Shown piece by piece: positions 35,144 to 45,503 of a stretch of 64,000 nucleotides of DNA. Position 1 is the first letter of the stretch. Every line of letters starts with the position of its first letter. A program made the position numbers and the translations under genes. The notes under the pieces are model-generated. The model made no database searches, had not been told where the DNA came from, and was given only the letters and a program-made list of their open reading frames with translations. The stretch is from an uncultured Acidobacteriota bacterium (GTDB lineage: Bacteria; Acidobacteriota; Polarisedimenticolia; J045): NCBI GenBank assembly GCA_963702425.1, contig CAVPCQ010000012.1, forward strand, positions 96,001 through 160,000, given 5' to 3'.

Positions 35144-36613
35144 TCAGTTTCCGTCCGATTGCGCGGTGAGCCGCTCGGCCTCGACCTGGAGCAGCTCCCG
35201 CTCGTCGATGTCACCGGTCGGGTAGCGGCCCGAGAAGCAGGCGTGACAGGTGTCCTCCGGCGGATCCGGGGACTCCGACCGGACCGACGCGATGAGGTCG
35301 TCCAGCTCCTGGTAGATCACCGCCTCGGCCCCGAGCAGCTCCGCGACCTGCTCGACCGTCCGCCCCCGCGCCACGAACTCCTTCCGCGTCGACATGTCGA
35401 TCCCGTAGACACAGGGATGCAGGAGCGGCGGCGCCGTCGAGGCGAGGATCACCTTGCTGGCCCCCGCCTCGCGCACCATCTCGATGATCTGCCGCGCAGT
35501 CGTCCCGCGTACGATCGAGTCGTCGACCAGCAGCACCGCCCGGCCGCGCACCTCGGACCCGATGATGTTGAGCTTGTGCCGCACCGAGCGCCGGCGCGCT
35601 GCGTCGCCCGGCATGATGAAGGTCCGGCCGACGTAGCGATTCTTGACCAGCGCCTCGCGGAACGGCAGGTCGAGGGCGCGCGCCATCTCCAGCGCCGCCG
35701 AGCGCGACGACTCGGGCACCGGCACCACGATGTCGGCGGTGACCCCCATCCGCCGGGCCTTGGCCGCCAGCGCGCGTCCCATCCGCTCGCGCGCGCGGTA
35801 GACCGATACGCCGTCGAGCGTGCTGTCCGGCCGGGCAAAGTAGACGTGCTCGAAGATGCAGGGGCGGAAGGTCGCCGTCGGTGCGACGCGCTCGATCAGG
35901 ACCTCGCCGTTCGCCTTCACGAACAGCGCCTCGCCGGCGCGCGGCCGGTGCTCGACCTCGTAGCCGAGGGTTTCGAGCACGACGCTCTCCGAGGCCACGG
36001 CGTAGACCGTCCGCCCGTCGCGGCGAACCCGCCGCCCAAAGCAGATCGGCTTGATGCCGAACGGGTCGCGGAAGGCGAAGAGCCCCTCGCCCGCGATGAA
36101 GCCGACCACGGAGTAGGCCCCCTTGACCTGGGCGAAGACCTCCGCCACCGCGGCCCAGTAGACCTCGGTCGAGAACGAGCCGCCGGCGCTCTGCCGCGCC
36201 AGCGCGTCGGCGAACACCGACAGGATCACCTCGACGTCGCAGCTCGACAGCAGCTGCCGCCTCACCCGCTCCCGGAGGTGGTGCTTCAGGTCGGCGTAGT
36301 TCGCGACGTTGCCGTTGTGCGCCATCGCGATCCCGAAGGGGTGCGTGGCGACGAACGGCTGTGCATCCTCGACGGCGCCGGCACCCACGGTCGGGTAGCG
36401 CACGTGCCCGATGGCGTACTCCCCGCCCACGCCGGCCATCGTCTCGGGGGTGAAGACGTCGCGGACCAGGCCCATCGCCTTGCGCAGGTGGAACCGCCCG
36501 TTCCAGGTGACGATGCCGGCCGCGTCCTGGCCGCGATGCTGGATCGCGAGCAGGCCGTCGTGAATCTCGCGCACCGGGTCTTCGGTTCCGATGATCCCGA
36601 GGAAGCCGCACAT
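35144..36613 (-). CDS. purF: Amidophosphoribosyltransferase
   Basis: MCG start, QHRGQDAAG, GHVRYPT, CIFEHVYFARPDS and LLVDDSIVRGTT motifs. Confidence 0.96.
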   Translation of the reverse strand: MCGFLGIIGTEDPVREIHDGLLAIQHRGQDAAGIVTWNGRFHLRKAMGLVRDVFTPETMAGVGGEYAIGHVRYPTVGAGAVEDAQPFVATHPFGIAMAHNGNVANYADLKHHLRERVRRQLLSSCDVEVILSVFADALARQSAGGSFSTEVYWAAVAEVFAQVKGAYSVVGFIAGEGLFAFRDPFGIKPICFGRRVRRDGRTVYAVASESVVLETLGYEVEHRPRAGEALFVKANGEVLIERVAPTATFRPCIFEHVYFARPDSTLDGVSVYRARERMGRALAAKARRMGVTADIVVPVPESSRSAALEMARALDLPFREALVKNRYVGRTFIMPGDAARRRSVRHKLNIIGSEVRGRAVLLVDDSIVRGTTARQIIEMVREAGASKVILASTAPPLLHPCVYGIDMSTRKEFVARGRTVEQVAELLGAEAVIYQELDDLIASVRSESPDPPEDTCHACFSGRYPTGDIDERELLQVEAERLTAQSDGN

Positions 36614-36664
36614 GGGAGGGATACCTCCGGGGAGAACGCGTCGCGGTGGGACGCAGGAGCCGCG

Positions 36665-37684
36665 TCAGGGAATCCAGAGAAAGTCGCCCGGGGCGCCGGC
36701 GAGGGGAAACTCCGATTCGCGGACCGGGGCCGGTCCGTCGATGCGCACGATCGCCACCCGCTTGGACTCCGGGAAGTAGAGCGCCGCACGGGCGTCGTCC
36801 GGACTGACCGCGATCTCCCGCGGCGCGGTCTCGAAGACCAGCCGCCCGGTCTCCTCGCGCGTCGCGGCATCGAGAATGATCAGCGCCCGCGCCCCGCCGC
36901 TGGTCACGAGCGCGCGGCGGCCGCTCGCCGTGAAGGCGATCCCCTGCGGGAACGGAATCTGCCCGAAGCGCTCGACGACCGGCTCCCCTTCCGCCGGGAG
37001 CCGCACGGCGGCCAGCTGGCCGGCGGGATTGAGCGCGTACCAGGCTTCCGGCGCGCCCGGGCGCGCCGCCACGGCTTCCGGGGTCGGGCCGAGTTCGACC
37101 GGCGTCGAGTACTGCGTGTCGAGGATGGCGGCGGTCGGCGTGCCGCGGAAGGCGACGGCAACCGCCTCGCGGCCGGAGATTGCGGCGAGCTGTGTCGGCC
37201 AACCCCAGGCGACCACCATCGAACCGAGTGGCGCCTCGTACGGCGGCCGCAGCACGTAGACCGCGCGGTGCGCCTGGGCGCTCATCCACATCGTGCCGTT
37301 GCCATCGAAGGCCACGGCGCGCGGCGCGCAGCGCGCGCAGGCGGAGATGTCGCGCAGCTTGATCATCCGCGCCGCATCGATCTCGGCGATCGTCGAACCG
37401 GGAATGTCCTCGACGCCCCGCGCCGCGGCGTAGATCTTCCCGTCGTACAGCGCCAGTCCGCGCGGGCCGTGGGCGGTGGGCGCGCGTCCGACGATCCGCC
37501 CCGTGGTCTCGAGGAAGACGACCTCGGCCTGATCGAGCATCGACACCACGAGCCGCCCGGGCGCGGGAGCCGCCGCCGTCGCCTCATCGGCCGCCGCCGC
37601 GGGAAGCGCGGCGAGTCCGACCACGGCGGCCGCGGCCAGGGCGAGCGGAACGAGCGAGCGGCGACGCATCGGGGTGCCAGCCAT
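36665..37684 (-). CDS. Secreted YncE-like beta-propeller protein
   Basis: AAGGAGG RBS; Arg-rich signal peptide; repeated GPRGLA / PQGIAFT / PREIAVSPD blades. Confidence 0.75.
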   Translation of the reverse strand: MAGTPMRRRSLVPLALAAAAVVGLAALPAAAADEATAAAPAPGRLVVSMLDQAEVVFLETTGRIVGRAPTAHGPRGLALYDGKIYAAARGVEDIPGSTIAEIDAARMIKLRDISACARCAPRAVAFDGNGTMWMSAQAHRAVYVLRPPYEAPLGSMVVAWGWPTQLAAISGREAVAVAFRGTPTAAILDTQYSTPVELGPTPEAVAARPGAPEAWYALNPAGQLAAVRLPAEGEPVVERFGQIPFPQGIAFTASGRRALVTSGGARALIILDAATREETGRLVFETAPREIAVSPDDARAALYFPESKRVAIVRIDGPAPVRESEFPLAGAPGDFLWIP

Positions 37685-37869
37685 CGAGCCTCCTTCGAGG
37701 GGGATTGTGCCGTGTCCGGGCGCCGGCACCAAGTCGGACGATTCCGTTCGCCGGCGTCCGGCCCGTTTCCGGGGACGGGGCCCCGGCATTTCCGCGTTGC
37801 GCTGCGAACGATTGCCCGTAGCTTGCGAGGCACCGGCGGCGTCCGGGGAGGACGCCGCAAGGAGCGCAC

Positions 37870-38619
37870 TTGCACGCTTCGAGCCGATGGGTACGACAGG
37901 CGCCGACCTGCGCCGTGCTCGCGGCGACGCTCGCTGCCGGGCCGGTGTTCGCCGGGACCTCGTCGCCCGTACCCGTTTCGCCGCTGTCCGATATTGTTGC
38001 CGCGGGGACGCGGCTCCCCGAGGCCCCCCGCGATCCGTTGACCCCTTTCCACCTCGGGCTCGGCGCAACGATGTCCGACGTGACGCGCGTGACCTCGGCG
38101 GAAGTACGGGGCGAGTTGCGCTCCAACCGGGAGCGATACGTGCACCTTGGGATGTCCGCGGCGGCCTCGCTCGACGAGGCGGCGTTCCGCGGCCCGTCCG
38201 GGCTTCCGGTGCTCGACGGGGATTTCTTCTTCCACGACGGGCAGAAGCTGGTCGAGGCGACCTTTCTGCTCGAGTCCCCCGCCGGCGCCGACGAGGCCCG
38301 GGACGCGATGCGCCGCTCCCTCGGCCAGCCCTCGTTCAGCGTGACGCTCCCGGCCGGCGGCGCCGAACTCGTCGGATGGCGGACCGGCCAGGGCTACGTC
38401 CTCGCGACCTTCAGCGACCTGCCGGTCTTCCGCGTCAGCGTCTTCCCCGACCGTCGCGCCGACGTCTTCGCCGGCTCGCAGATTCTGCTGTTCGAGGGGC
38501 TGCAGCGCTTCCACGACCGGCTCGCGGCCGGCGACGCGCCGTCGGCCCTGCTCGACGAGCTGATGCGCGTGTTCTCAGGTGCGAACTCGGCGCGCTCGCA
38601 GGTGGAGCGGATCCGCTAG
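37870..38619 (+). CDS. Hypothetical secreted protein
   Basis: Coding-like ORF with a hydrophobic signal-like segment; start uncertain. Confidence 0.6.
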   Translation: MHASSRWVRQAPTCAVLAATLAAGPVFAGTSSPVPVSPLSDIVAAGTRLPEAPRDPLTPFHLGLGATMSDVTRVTSAEVRGELRSNRERYVHLGMSAAASLDEAAFRGPSGLPVLDGDFFFHDGQKLVEATFLLESPAGADEARDAMRRSLGQPSFSVTLPAGGAELVGWRTGQGYVLATFSDLPVFRVSVFPDRRADVFAGSQILLFEGLQRFHDRLAAGDAPSALLDELMRVFSGANSARSQVERIR

Positions 38620-38634
38620 CCCCTTCCCGCCCCC

Positions 38635-40128
38635 CTACGCACCCCCCGGAAGCAGCTGCTCGGCCCGCTCGAAGAGTGCCGCGAGGCGAGCGCGGGCAGC
38701 GGCCAGCGCCTGCGCCTCGGCCGTCGCTCCGGCTCCGGATTCCACCGCCGACCGCCAGGCGGTGCCCAGCAGCAGGTCCACGAACGGATCGCCCGGCTCG
38801 GCGAGTGCCAGCGCGATGGCGACGCCGCGCGGATCGCCCTCGATCCGGGCCAGCAACGACTCCAGGCGCTCGCGCTCGAGACGCAGCGGCGCCCGAGCGG
38901 GCGCGGGCGCCGCTGCGCTTGCCAGCGCCGCCGCGAACGCGCCCGCGACGACGCGCGGCAGGTGCGGGAGGATTCGCGCCGCGGCGAGCGCCTGCATCCC
39001 GGCGACGCGCGCCCCCCCGGTCGCGATCGCCAGGAACCGAGCCCGCGGCTCGCGGGCGTGGACCGCCCGCAGCACGTCCTCGGTCTGCTCGCGGTAGGAG
39101 ACGAGCTCGGAGGTCGCCGACAGCGTCTCGCCCTGCCACCCCGCGACCGCCATCGTTCCCGCGCCGGCGTGATCCGCCTCGTGCGAGCCGGCGCCGGCGA
39201 CGTAGTAGCCGGTCGCGGCGCGCGCGAAATCGAGCCCCGCCGCCATAACCGGGACGCCGCCGAGGAGCCACGCCAGCACCAGCGACGTGGTGCCGACATT
39301 CCCTGCGCACGGAAGGATCGAACCGTCGGCCGTGGCGGGGGCCAGCCAGCGCGAGGCGTGCGAGTGGAAGAAGAGGCGCGCCGCGCAGGGGAGCGCGAGG
39401 TGATCGGGGTGGGTGCTGGCCGCCACGACCAGCACGGCCCCGCGGAGCAGCTCTTCCGGCACGCCGTCGAACTGGCGCACCGAGGAGCGCCCCTCGAGAA
39501 GCGTCACGAGGTCGGGCGCGATTCCGGCGCGCGCCAGCGGCCGCACCGCCGAGCCGGCCGCGACGAGCAGGAAGCGGTCGCGCCAGGCCCGCAGCTCGTC
39601 GAGCACGGTGGCGAGCGACGGTCCCGCGCCGGCGACGACGATCGGCGTGCCCGCCAGCCGTCCCGCCAGGTTCGCGACCGATGCGCCGCGTATCACGAGC
39701 GGGAGATTCGCGGCGACGTTGTCGAGCCAGAGCGTGCCCAGCTCGCGCTGCGTGACCGCCTCGACCTCCGCCGTGCGCCGCGCCCAGGCCACGAGCGCCT
39801 CGAAGTCGCGGGCGTCCGGCGCGCCCGGCACCAGCTCGTCGGGAGGATCGGCCCGGAAGACGTCGACTCCCAGCGCGAGCAGCCGCGCGGCGCGCGCGGC
39901 AAACCGTTGCGGGTCGGGCTCCACGATCAGCCGGCCGGCGCGGTCCGGCGTGTGCGGCGCGGCGGGGCCGCCGTGGGCCAGCACCACCGTCCGCGGGGCG
40001 AGCGCGGCCAGCGCGGCCGCGACCTCCCCGGCACCCCGCGCGAGGATCGCCTCCGGCTCCGCGGCCTGGCGGGCACGCCACGCACCGACCCAGGCGCGCG
40101 CCTCACCATCGAGCGCGACCGGCGTCAC
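38635..40128 (-). CDS. Maf/DUF115 (MptE-like) motility-associated glycosyltransferase family protein
   Basis: NVAANLP, VAGAGPSL, GIAPDLV and GLDFA motifs. Confidence 0.8.
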   Translation of the reverse strand: MTPVALDGEARAWVGAWRARQAAEPEAILARGAGEVAAALAALAPRTVVLAHGGPAAPHTPDRAGRLIVEPDPQRFAARAARLLALGVDVFRADPPDELVPGAPDARDFEALVAWARRTAEVEAVTQRELGTLWLDNVAANLPLVIRGASVANLAGRLAGTPIVVAGAGPSLATVLDELRAWRDRFLLVAAGSAVRPLARAGIAPDLVTLLEGRSSVRQFDGVPEELLRGAVLVVAASTHPDHLALPCAARLFFHSHASRWLAPATADGSILPCAGNVGTTSLVLAWLLGGVPVMAAGLDFARAATGYYVAGAGSHEADHAGAGTMAVAGWQGETLSATSELVSYREQTEDVLRAVHAREPRARFLAIATGGARVAGMQALAAARILPHLPRVVAGAFAAALASAAAPAPARAPLRLERERLESLLARIEGDPRGVAIALALAEPGDPFVDLLLGTAWRSAVESGAGATAEAQALAAARARLAALFERAEQLLPGGA

Positions 40129-40141
40129 GGCCCGGCCAGCC

Positions 40142-40567
40142 TCAGGCGGTGCCGAGAACGGGCACCGCGCGCGACGCGAGCAACTGGCGCCAGCGCGGCA
40201 CGACCGCGGAGAAGGGGCCCTCCAGCGCTTCGGCGAGCGCGGGCCAGTCGTGCGTCTCCTGGGCCGCGACGATCGCACGCAGCGGCGCGACGACCGGCTC
40301 CAGCTCGGCGGCGTGCTCGCGCGGGTCGTACCCCAGCGCCCGGTCGAGGTCGACGATCAACTCCAGAACGGCCTTCATCCCCTCGAGCATGTTGGCGAGA
40401 TCGGGCAGCGCAGCGAGCGCGCCCTCCCCGCGCAGCGTGGCCGCGAGCGCCGGCGTTTCCCGCTCCACGATGTCGAGAAAGGCATGAGCCGTCCCCAGGA
40501 CCCGCTCGGCGAGGGCCTGCACGTCGTCGTCGGAGGGGGGGGTCTCGCCGGCCTGGAAAGCGCTCAT
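40142..40567 (-). CDS. Helical hypothetical protein of the type found next to maf genes
   Basis: AGGAG RBS; C-terminal AQETHDWPALAEALE motif. Confidence 0.65.
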   Translation of the reverse strand: MSAFQAGETPPSDDDVQALAERVLGTAHAFLDIVERETPALAATLRGEGALAALPDLANMLEGMKAVLELIVDLDRALGYDPREHAAELEPVVAPLRAIVAAQETHDWPALAEALEGPFSAVVPRWRQLLASRAVPVLGTA

Positions 40568-40768
40568 CGATCGGTCTCCTGCGGGCGCGACAGCGACCCG
40601 GCACTCCGGCGGCGGGAGCGTCAACGCTCCGACGCCGGGAGGGGCCGGCTTCGTGGGCCGGTGCCGATCCAGCGCGCTCGTCTCCTGCCAAGTCTCGGTC
40701 CCGCAGAGACTTAGCCTCCGACAGGAGGCCTCACACGCGGGTGCCGGCGACGCGGCGCCTCACCTCAC

Positions 40769-40784
40769 TGCATCCGGCGTGCCA
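40769..40784 (-). promoter_or_regulatory. Putative sigma-54 promoter of the maf-like operon
   Basis: TGGCACGCCGGATGCA: GG-N10-GC with TGGCACG at -24. Confidence 0.55.
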
Positions 40785-40816
40785 TGGCCCTTAGAATGCC
40801 CGCCTCCGGAGCGTGC

Positions 40817-41635
40817 ATGCCGATCTTCCGTTCTCGCGTCGTCCCCGTACTCGCCGCGGCGCTGGCCTGTTTGCTGCTCGGTCCGCGCCCGGCCGCGGCC
40901 TTCTCTCCGGCGACTCGGACCGAGCTGGTCAAGCGGGCGATCACGCTGATGCCGCCGTCGCTCGCGCGGCAGCTCAAGAAGCATGAGCGGGCGCTGTTGG
41001 AAGGGGCGCTCGAGGGGATGGAGCAGTGCAACGGGACCGGCGCCCACGGCGCCGCGCCGGGGAACGCGGACGCCCGGCTGGTGTCCGCGATCGACGAGAC
41101 GGTCGCGCTGATCGACCGCCGCGAGCGGATGGCCGACGTCGCGCGGTCCCTCGGCCGCGTGGCGCACGCCGCGATCGATCTCTCGTTCGCGCTGAACTCG
41201 GGACCCGACGATCCGCGCGAGCGGTCCTACTACCGGGAATTCGCGCTCTACGTCGAGAAGTCGCTCCCCAAGGTGCGCCTCACCTTTCCCGGCTGGACCG
41301 ACGACGATCTCGGGCGGCGCGACCTGCCGGGGTTCGCGCGCCGGACGACCGCCGCGGCGCGACGCGACGCGGCGGCGATCGCCGGCAGTTATTACCCGGA
41401 AGGTCGATCGCGTTCCCCGCAGGACTTCGACGATCGGTCGGTCGCATTCGCTGCGGCCTCGCTGGAGGCCTCGCTCGCCCTCTCCACGACCGCCAAGGCC
41501 TGGCTGTACGCCTGGTGGAGCGCCCACGGGGACCTCGCCGGCACGCCCCACCTCGACCCCGGACTCGTCCATAATCCCTTTGCCCACCCGTCCGGCGACC
41601 CCCCCGCTGCGGGACGCCAGGAGTCAGCCCGATGA
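40817..41635 (+). CDS. Hypothetical exported protein, possible zinc phospholipase C/S1-P1-like fold
   Basis: Signal peptide; LGRVAHAAIDL resembles the family's G..H...D helix; overlaps the purH start (ATGA). Confidence 0.65.
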   Translation: MPIFRSRVVPVLAAALACLLLGPRPAAAFSPATRTELVKRAITLMPPSLARQLKKHERALLEGALEGMEQCNGTGAHGAAPGNADARLVSAIDETVALIDRRERMADVARSLGRVAHAAIDLSFALNSGPDDPRERSYYREFALYVEKSLPKVRLTFPGWTDDDLGRRDLPGFARRTTAAARRDAAAIAGSYYPEGRSRSPQDFDDRSVAFAAASLEASLALSTTAKAWLYAWWSAHGDLAGTPHLDPGLVHNPFAHPSGDPPAAGRQESAR

Positions 41636-43227
41636 ACACGCCGTCCGGTGCCTCCGCCAGCCGTCGCACCCCGGTCCGACGCGCGCTCATCTCGGTCTAC
41701 GACAAGTACGGCGTCGTCGACCTGGCCCGCGCCCTCGCCGACGCCGGGGTCGAGATTCTCTCGACCGGCGGAACGGCCAGGATGCTGCTCGAGGCCGGCC
41801 TCTCGATCCGCCGGATCTCCGAGGTCACCGGCACACCCGAGATGCTCGACGGGCGGGTCAAGACGCTGCACCCGATGGTCCACGCGGGGATCCTGGCGGT
41901 GCGCGACAACCCGCGACACCAGAAGGACCTGGCCGCCTACGGTGCGAAGCCGATCGACCTCGTCGTGGCCAACCTCTATCCGTTCGAGATGACCGCGCGG
42001 ATGGAAGGGATCGGCCTGAGCGAGATCATCGAGATGATCGACATCGGCGGCCCGACGATGGTGCGCGCGGCGGCGAAGAACTTCCGCGACGTCGGCGTCG
42101 TCGTCGATCCCGCGGACTACGGCGCGGTGGTGGACGAGATCCGCGAGCACGGCGGCCTCTGCGACGCGACCCGCCTCGCGCTGTCGCGCAAGGCCTTCCA
42201 GCACACGGCGTCCTACGACAGCGCCGTTTATACCTTCATGGCCCAGCTCGAGCCGGACGGGACGCGGCGCACCGCCGATTCGCCGTTCCCGCAGAAGATC
42301 ACCCTCACCGTGGACAAGATTCAGGATCTGCGCTACGGCGAGAACCCGCACCAGAAGGCGGCGTTCTACGCCGAGCTGCAGGGGAACGGTGCGACGCTCG
42401 CGCACGCGGCGCAGCTCCACGGCACGGAGCTGTCGTTCAACAACCTGCTCGACTTCGACGCCGCGTTCGCGGCGGTGTCCTCGCTCGATGGGCCGGGGTG
42501 CGTGATCGTCAAGCACAACAACCCCTCCGGCGCGGCGGTCGGCGACGACGCCGTGGAGGCCTTCCGGCTGGCCCGCGACGCCGATCCGGTCAGCGCCTAC
42601 GGTGGCGTCGTCGCCTTCAATCGGACGGTCGACGAGGACACCGCGCTGGTGCTGGGCGAGACGTTCTTCGAAGGAGTGATCGCCCCCGGGTACACCGCCG
42701 AGGCCCGCGAGGCGCTGAAGAAGAAGAAGAAGCTGCGGGTGCTCGAACTGGGCGGGGCGCGGGCGGGCCGCCCGGGCCTCGACGTGCGCCGCGTGTCGGG
42801 CGGCTACCTGCTCCAGGAGTGGGACTCGGACGACAGCCTGGACGAGGTGAAGATCGCCACGCGCCGCGCGCCGACGGAAGAGGAGTGGGCGGCGCTGCGT
42901 TTCGCCTGGCGGATCTGCCGGCACGTCCGCTCGAACGCGATCGTGCTGGGAAAGGACAACCGCACGGTCGGGATCGGCGCCGGACAGATGAGCCGCGTCG
43001 ACTCGGTGCGGATCGCGGTGGTGAAGGCGGGCGACGAGGCCCGCGGGTCGGTGATGGCCTCCGACGCCTTCTTCCCGTTCCCGGACGGCGTGGAGGAGGC
43101 GGCGCGGGCCGGCGTCACCGCGGTGATCCAGCCGGGCGGCAGCATCCGTGACGAGGAGGTCGTCGCCGCCGTCGACCGGCTCGGCCTGGCGATGCTCTTT
43201 ACCGGCCGCCGCCACTTCCGCCACTGA
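41632..43227 (+). CDS. purH: Bifunctional AICAR transformylase/IMP cyclohydrolase
   Basis: ALISVYDK, GRVKTLHP, IDIGGP, LRYGENPHQ, SDAFFPF and RHFRH motifs. Confidence 0.97.
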   Translation: MNTPSGASASRRTPVRRALISVYDKYGVVDLARALADAGVEILSTGGTARMLLEAGLSIRRISEVTGTPEMLDGRVKTLHPMVHAGILAVRDNPRHQKDLAAYGAKPIDLVVANLYPFEMTARMEGIGLSEIIEMIDIGGPTMVRAAAKNFRDVGVVVDPADYGAVVDEIREHGGLCDATRLALSRKAFQHTASYDSAVYTFMAQLEPDGTRRTADSPFPQKITLTVDKIQDLRYGENPHQKAAFYAELQGNGATLAHAAQLHGTELSFNNLLDFDAAFAAVSSLDGPGCVIVKHNNPSGAAVGDDAVEAFRLARDADPVSAYGGVVAFNRTVDEDTALVLGETFFEGVIAPGYTAEAREALKKKKKLRVLELGGARAGRPGLDVRRVSGGYLLQEWDSDDSLDEVKIATRRAPTEEEWAALRFAWRICRHVRSNAIVLGKDNRTVGIGAGQMSRVDSVRIAVVKAGDEARGSVMASDAFFPFPDGVEEAARAGVTAVIQPGGSIRDEEVVAAVDRLGLAMLFTGRRHFRH

Positions 43228-43263
43228 TCACCGGCGGCGAGCGCCGAGAGCAGGCCTCCGGCG

Positions 43264-45132
43264 TCACTCCAGCGGACGGAACGGGATCGCGCCGAGCACC
43301 TGGTAGTAGGCCTCGTCGCGCGCGCGGTCGCGGTACTGCTTGCCGAGCTCGAGCAGGCGCTTGACCTCGGAATCCCCGGGGCGGCGCTCGAGCGCATCCC
43401 GCAGGTACTCACGCGCGCCGTACGGATCGCCGCCGCGCATCAATTGCAGCCCGAGGTTGAACGACGCGTTCGCGATCGCACGATTGAAGTCGGCCGGCTG
43501 CTCTGACTTGGGCAGGCGGTAGAGGATCCGCAGCGCCTCGGAGAAGTCCTGCTCGTTGTAGCTCCGGACGAGCTGGGAGCGGCGATCGTCGGCCTCGGCC
43601 CGCGAGGCGATCGCGTGCTCGACCTTGGCGGCCAGGGCCTTCGCCTCGGCGTGAGCCGGGTCGAGCTGCGCGGCCTGGCGGATCAGGGCGAAGCCGGCCT
43701 GCTCGTCCCCGCGCGCGACCGCCAGCTTCGCTTCGGTCAGCAGCCGCGGGACGTCGGCCTTGGTGAGCTGGGGCGCTGCCGGTGCGGGGGCCGCCTTGAG
43801 GGCCTTCGCCGGCTTGAACTTCTGCTCCGCGACGGCCGGCTGCGCGGCGCCGCCGCCCCACCAGCCGAGTGCCCCGCCCAACCACCATCCTCCGGAGCCG
43901 AGGAGGACCAGTGCGAACAGCGCGGCGACCGGGACCGCAAGCCGGCGAACGATCGAGCCCTTCGCGCTCTTCGCGCCCTTGGCGGCCCTCGCGGCGTTGC
44001 CGATCAGCGGCCGCGCAACAGCCGGAGCGTTCGCGCGCGGCGTCGGCAGCGGCGGCGCCGAGGCGGCGGGGGGCGCAGGAGCTGCCGTCTCTCCGGCCGC
44101 GGCATCGGCGGCGGGAGCGCCGGCGACCGCGATCGGCGGGCGAACCGGCTTGGCGGACGCCATGGCCGCCAGCGGTGCATCGACCGGGACGCGCTCCTTG
44201 GCCACACCCGCGGCGTAACGGCCCGCGCTCGGCTGGGCCGGCTCGGGGGTCGCGTTGGACTGGAAGTCGAACCCGCCGGTGGGAGCGAACTCGGCGGGCG
44301 ACGGCAGCGGGGCGGCCGGCCGGGGTACCGTCGCCGACGACTTCGACGCGGGGGCCGGCGGGCCCGGTGCCGGGACCAGCCCTCCGAGGGCCGGCCCCGT
44401 CTCCGCCGTTGCGGCGTTGTGTGCGCGCCCCTCCTGGATCAACTGACGGGCGCGCGCGAGCCACTCCAGCGCCTCCGGGTGCTCGGGGGCCAGCCCGAGG
44501 ACCTGCTGCAGCATCGGGATCGCTTGCGCCGCATCACCGCGCTCGATCGAGGCGATCGCGTCGGAGAGCAGGTGGTCGACCGTGGCCGCGCGGCGACCAG
44601 CCTCGGCGCGGGCTTCCTCGAGAACCTCCTGCGCCGCCTCGCACGATTCGTGCATGGCGAGCGCGCGGGAAGCGAGCTCGGTCGCGCCGGGAAGGTCACC
44701 CTGGAAGAGGTGTCGGCGGGCCTGCTCGGCGAGCAGCGCGGCTTCCCCTTCGACAGCCCGGACCGCGGCGCTCCGCGGCGTGGCCAGTTTCTCGGCTTCC
44801 TCGACCGGGAGCTGGCCAGTCGCTTCGAGCAGGTCCTCGATCGCTTCCGACTGCAGCGGCGAGGGGCTGGCCGGCGCGGGTGCCGGCGTCGCCACGGCCG
44901 CCAGGTCGAAGTCCAGCGGCAGATCGAAGTCGCCGATCGGCTTTCCGGACGGCGCCGCGGCTGGCGGCGGCAACGCGCGATCGACGCCCGCCATGGCCGT
45001 TTCGTTCTCCGGGTCGATCTGGAGGACGGCCTCGAAAATCATCCGGGCGCTCTCCGGGTCGCCCCCGGCAAACGTCTCCTCGGCCTGCCGGAGGAGGTCG
45101 GCGATCTCTTCCGAATACGCGCTCTGGCTCAC
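43264..45132 (-). CDS. Membrane-anchored TPR protein with Pro/Ala-rich linker
   Basis: TPR-like helices on both sides of a single TM segment. Confidence 0.75.
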   Translation of the reverse strand: MSQSAYSEEIADLLRQAEETFAGGDPESARMIFEAVLQIDPENETAMAGVDRALPPPAAAPSGKPIGDFDLPLDFDLAAVATPAPAPASPSPLQSEAIEDLLEATGQLPVEEAEKLATPRSAAVRAVEGEAALLAEQARRHLFQGDLPGATELASRALAMHESCEAAQEVLEEARAEAGRRAATVDHLLSDAIASIERGDAAQAIPMLQQVLGLAPEHPEALEWLARARQLIQEGRAHNAATAETGPALGGLVPAPGPPAPASKSSATVPRPAAPLPSPAEFAPTGGFDFQSNATPEPAQPSAGRYAAGVAKERVPVDAPLAAMASAKPVRPPIAVAGAPAADAAAGETAAPAPPAASAPPLPTPRANAPAVARPLIGNAARAAKGAKSAKGSIVRRLAVPVAALFALVLLGSGGWWLGGALGWWGGGAAQPAVAEQKFKPAKALKAAPAPAAPQLTKADVPRLLTEAKLAVARGDEQAGFALIRQAAQLDPAHAEAKALAAKVEHAIASRAEADDRRSQLVRSYNEQDFSEALRILYRLPKSEQPADFNRAIANASFNLGLQLMRGGDPYGAREYLRDALERRPGDSEVKRLLELGKQYRDRARDEAYYQVLGAIPFRPLE

Positions 45133-45210
45133 GCTTCCATCCTGCCTACACCCCCCCCGGCGAATGTAGGGCGGGGGGGGGAAGGACGGCAACGAACAAC
45201 CGGAAACGGG

Positions 45211-45459
45211 CTACGGCCCGGGGGCCGCTCGGCGGCAGTCCTCGGAACAGTAGAAAGACTCCCCGTCCCGCACGGCGCGGCTTTCGGGCAGGAGGAGGCC
45301 GCAGACGGGGTCCTGCACCAGGCGCTCGGAACCGGCCTGCACCGGGGGGCGCCGCACCCGCGGTCCGACCGGGAGCCGCGCCGGTGCCAGGGCGAACCGG
45401 ACCAGCCGCAGCACGGTCAGGACCAGGATCACGAACAGGAGCCAACGGATGAGTGCCAT
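45211..45459 (-). CDS. Small YHS/TRASH-domain membrane protein
   Basis: N-terminal TM helix; LVQDPVCG...FYCSEDC motif. Confidence 0.8.
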   Translation of the reverse strand: MALIRWLLFVILVLTVLRLVRFALAPARLPVGPRVRRPPVQAGSERLVQDPVCGLLLPESRAVRDGESFYCSEDCRRAAPGP

Positions 45460-45503
45460 CGGGCGTCCTCCAGCCGCACCGTCGACGCCCCGCCCGCGGC
45501 CGA

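Noticed and set aside
33542-38041. 1499-aa + strand ORF and similar long ORFs (e.g. 16921-19794, 26704-29907, 51816-54230)
   Set aside because: Antisense or alternate-frame shadows of real genes, caused by high GC content
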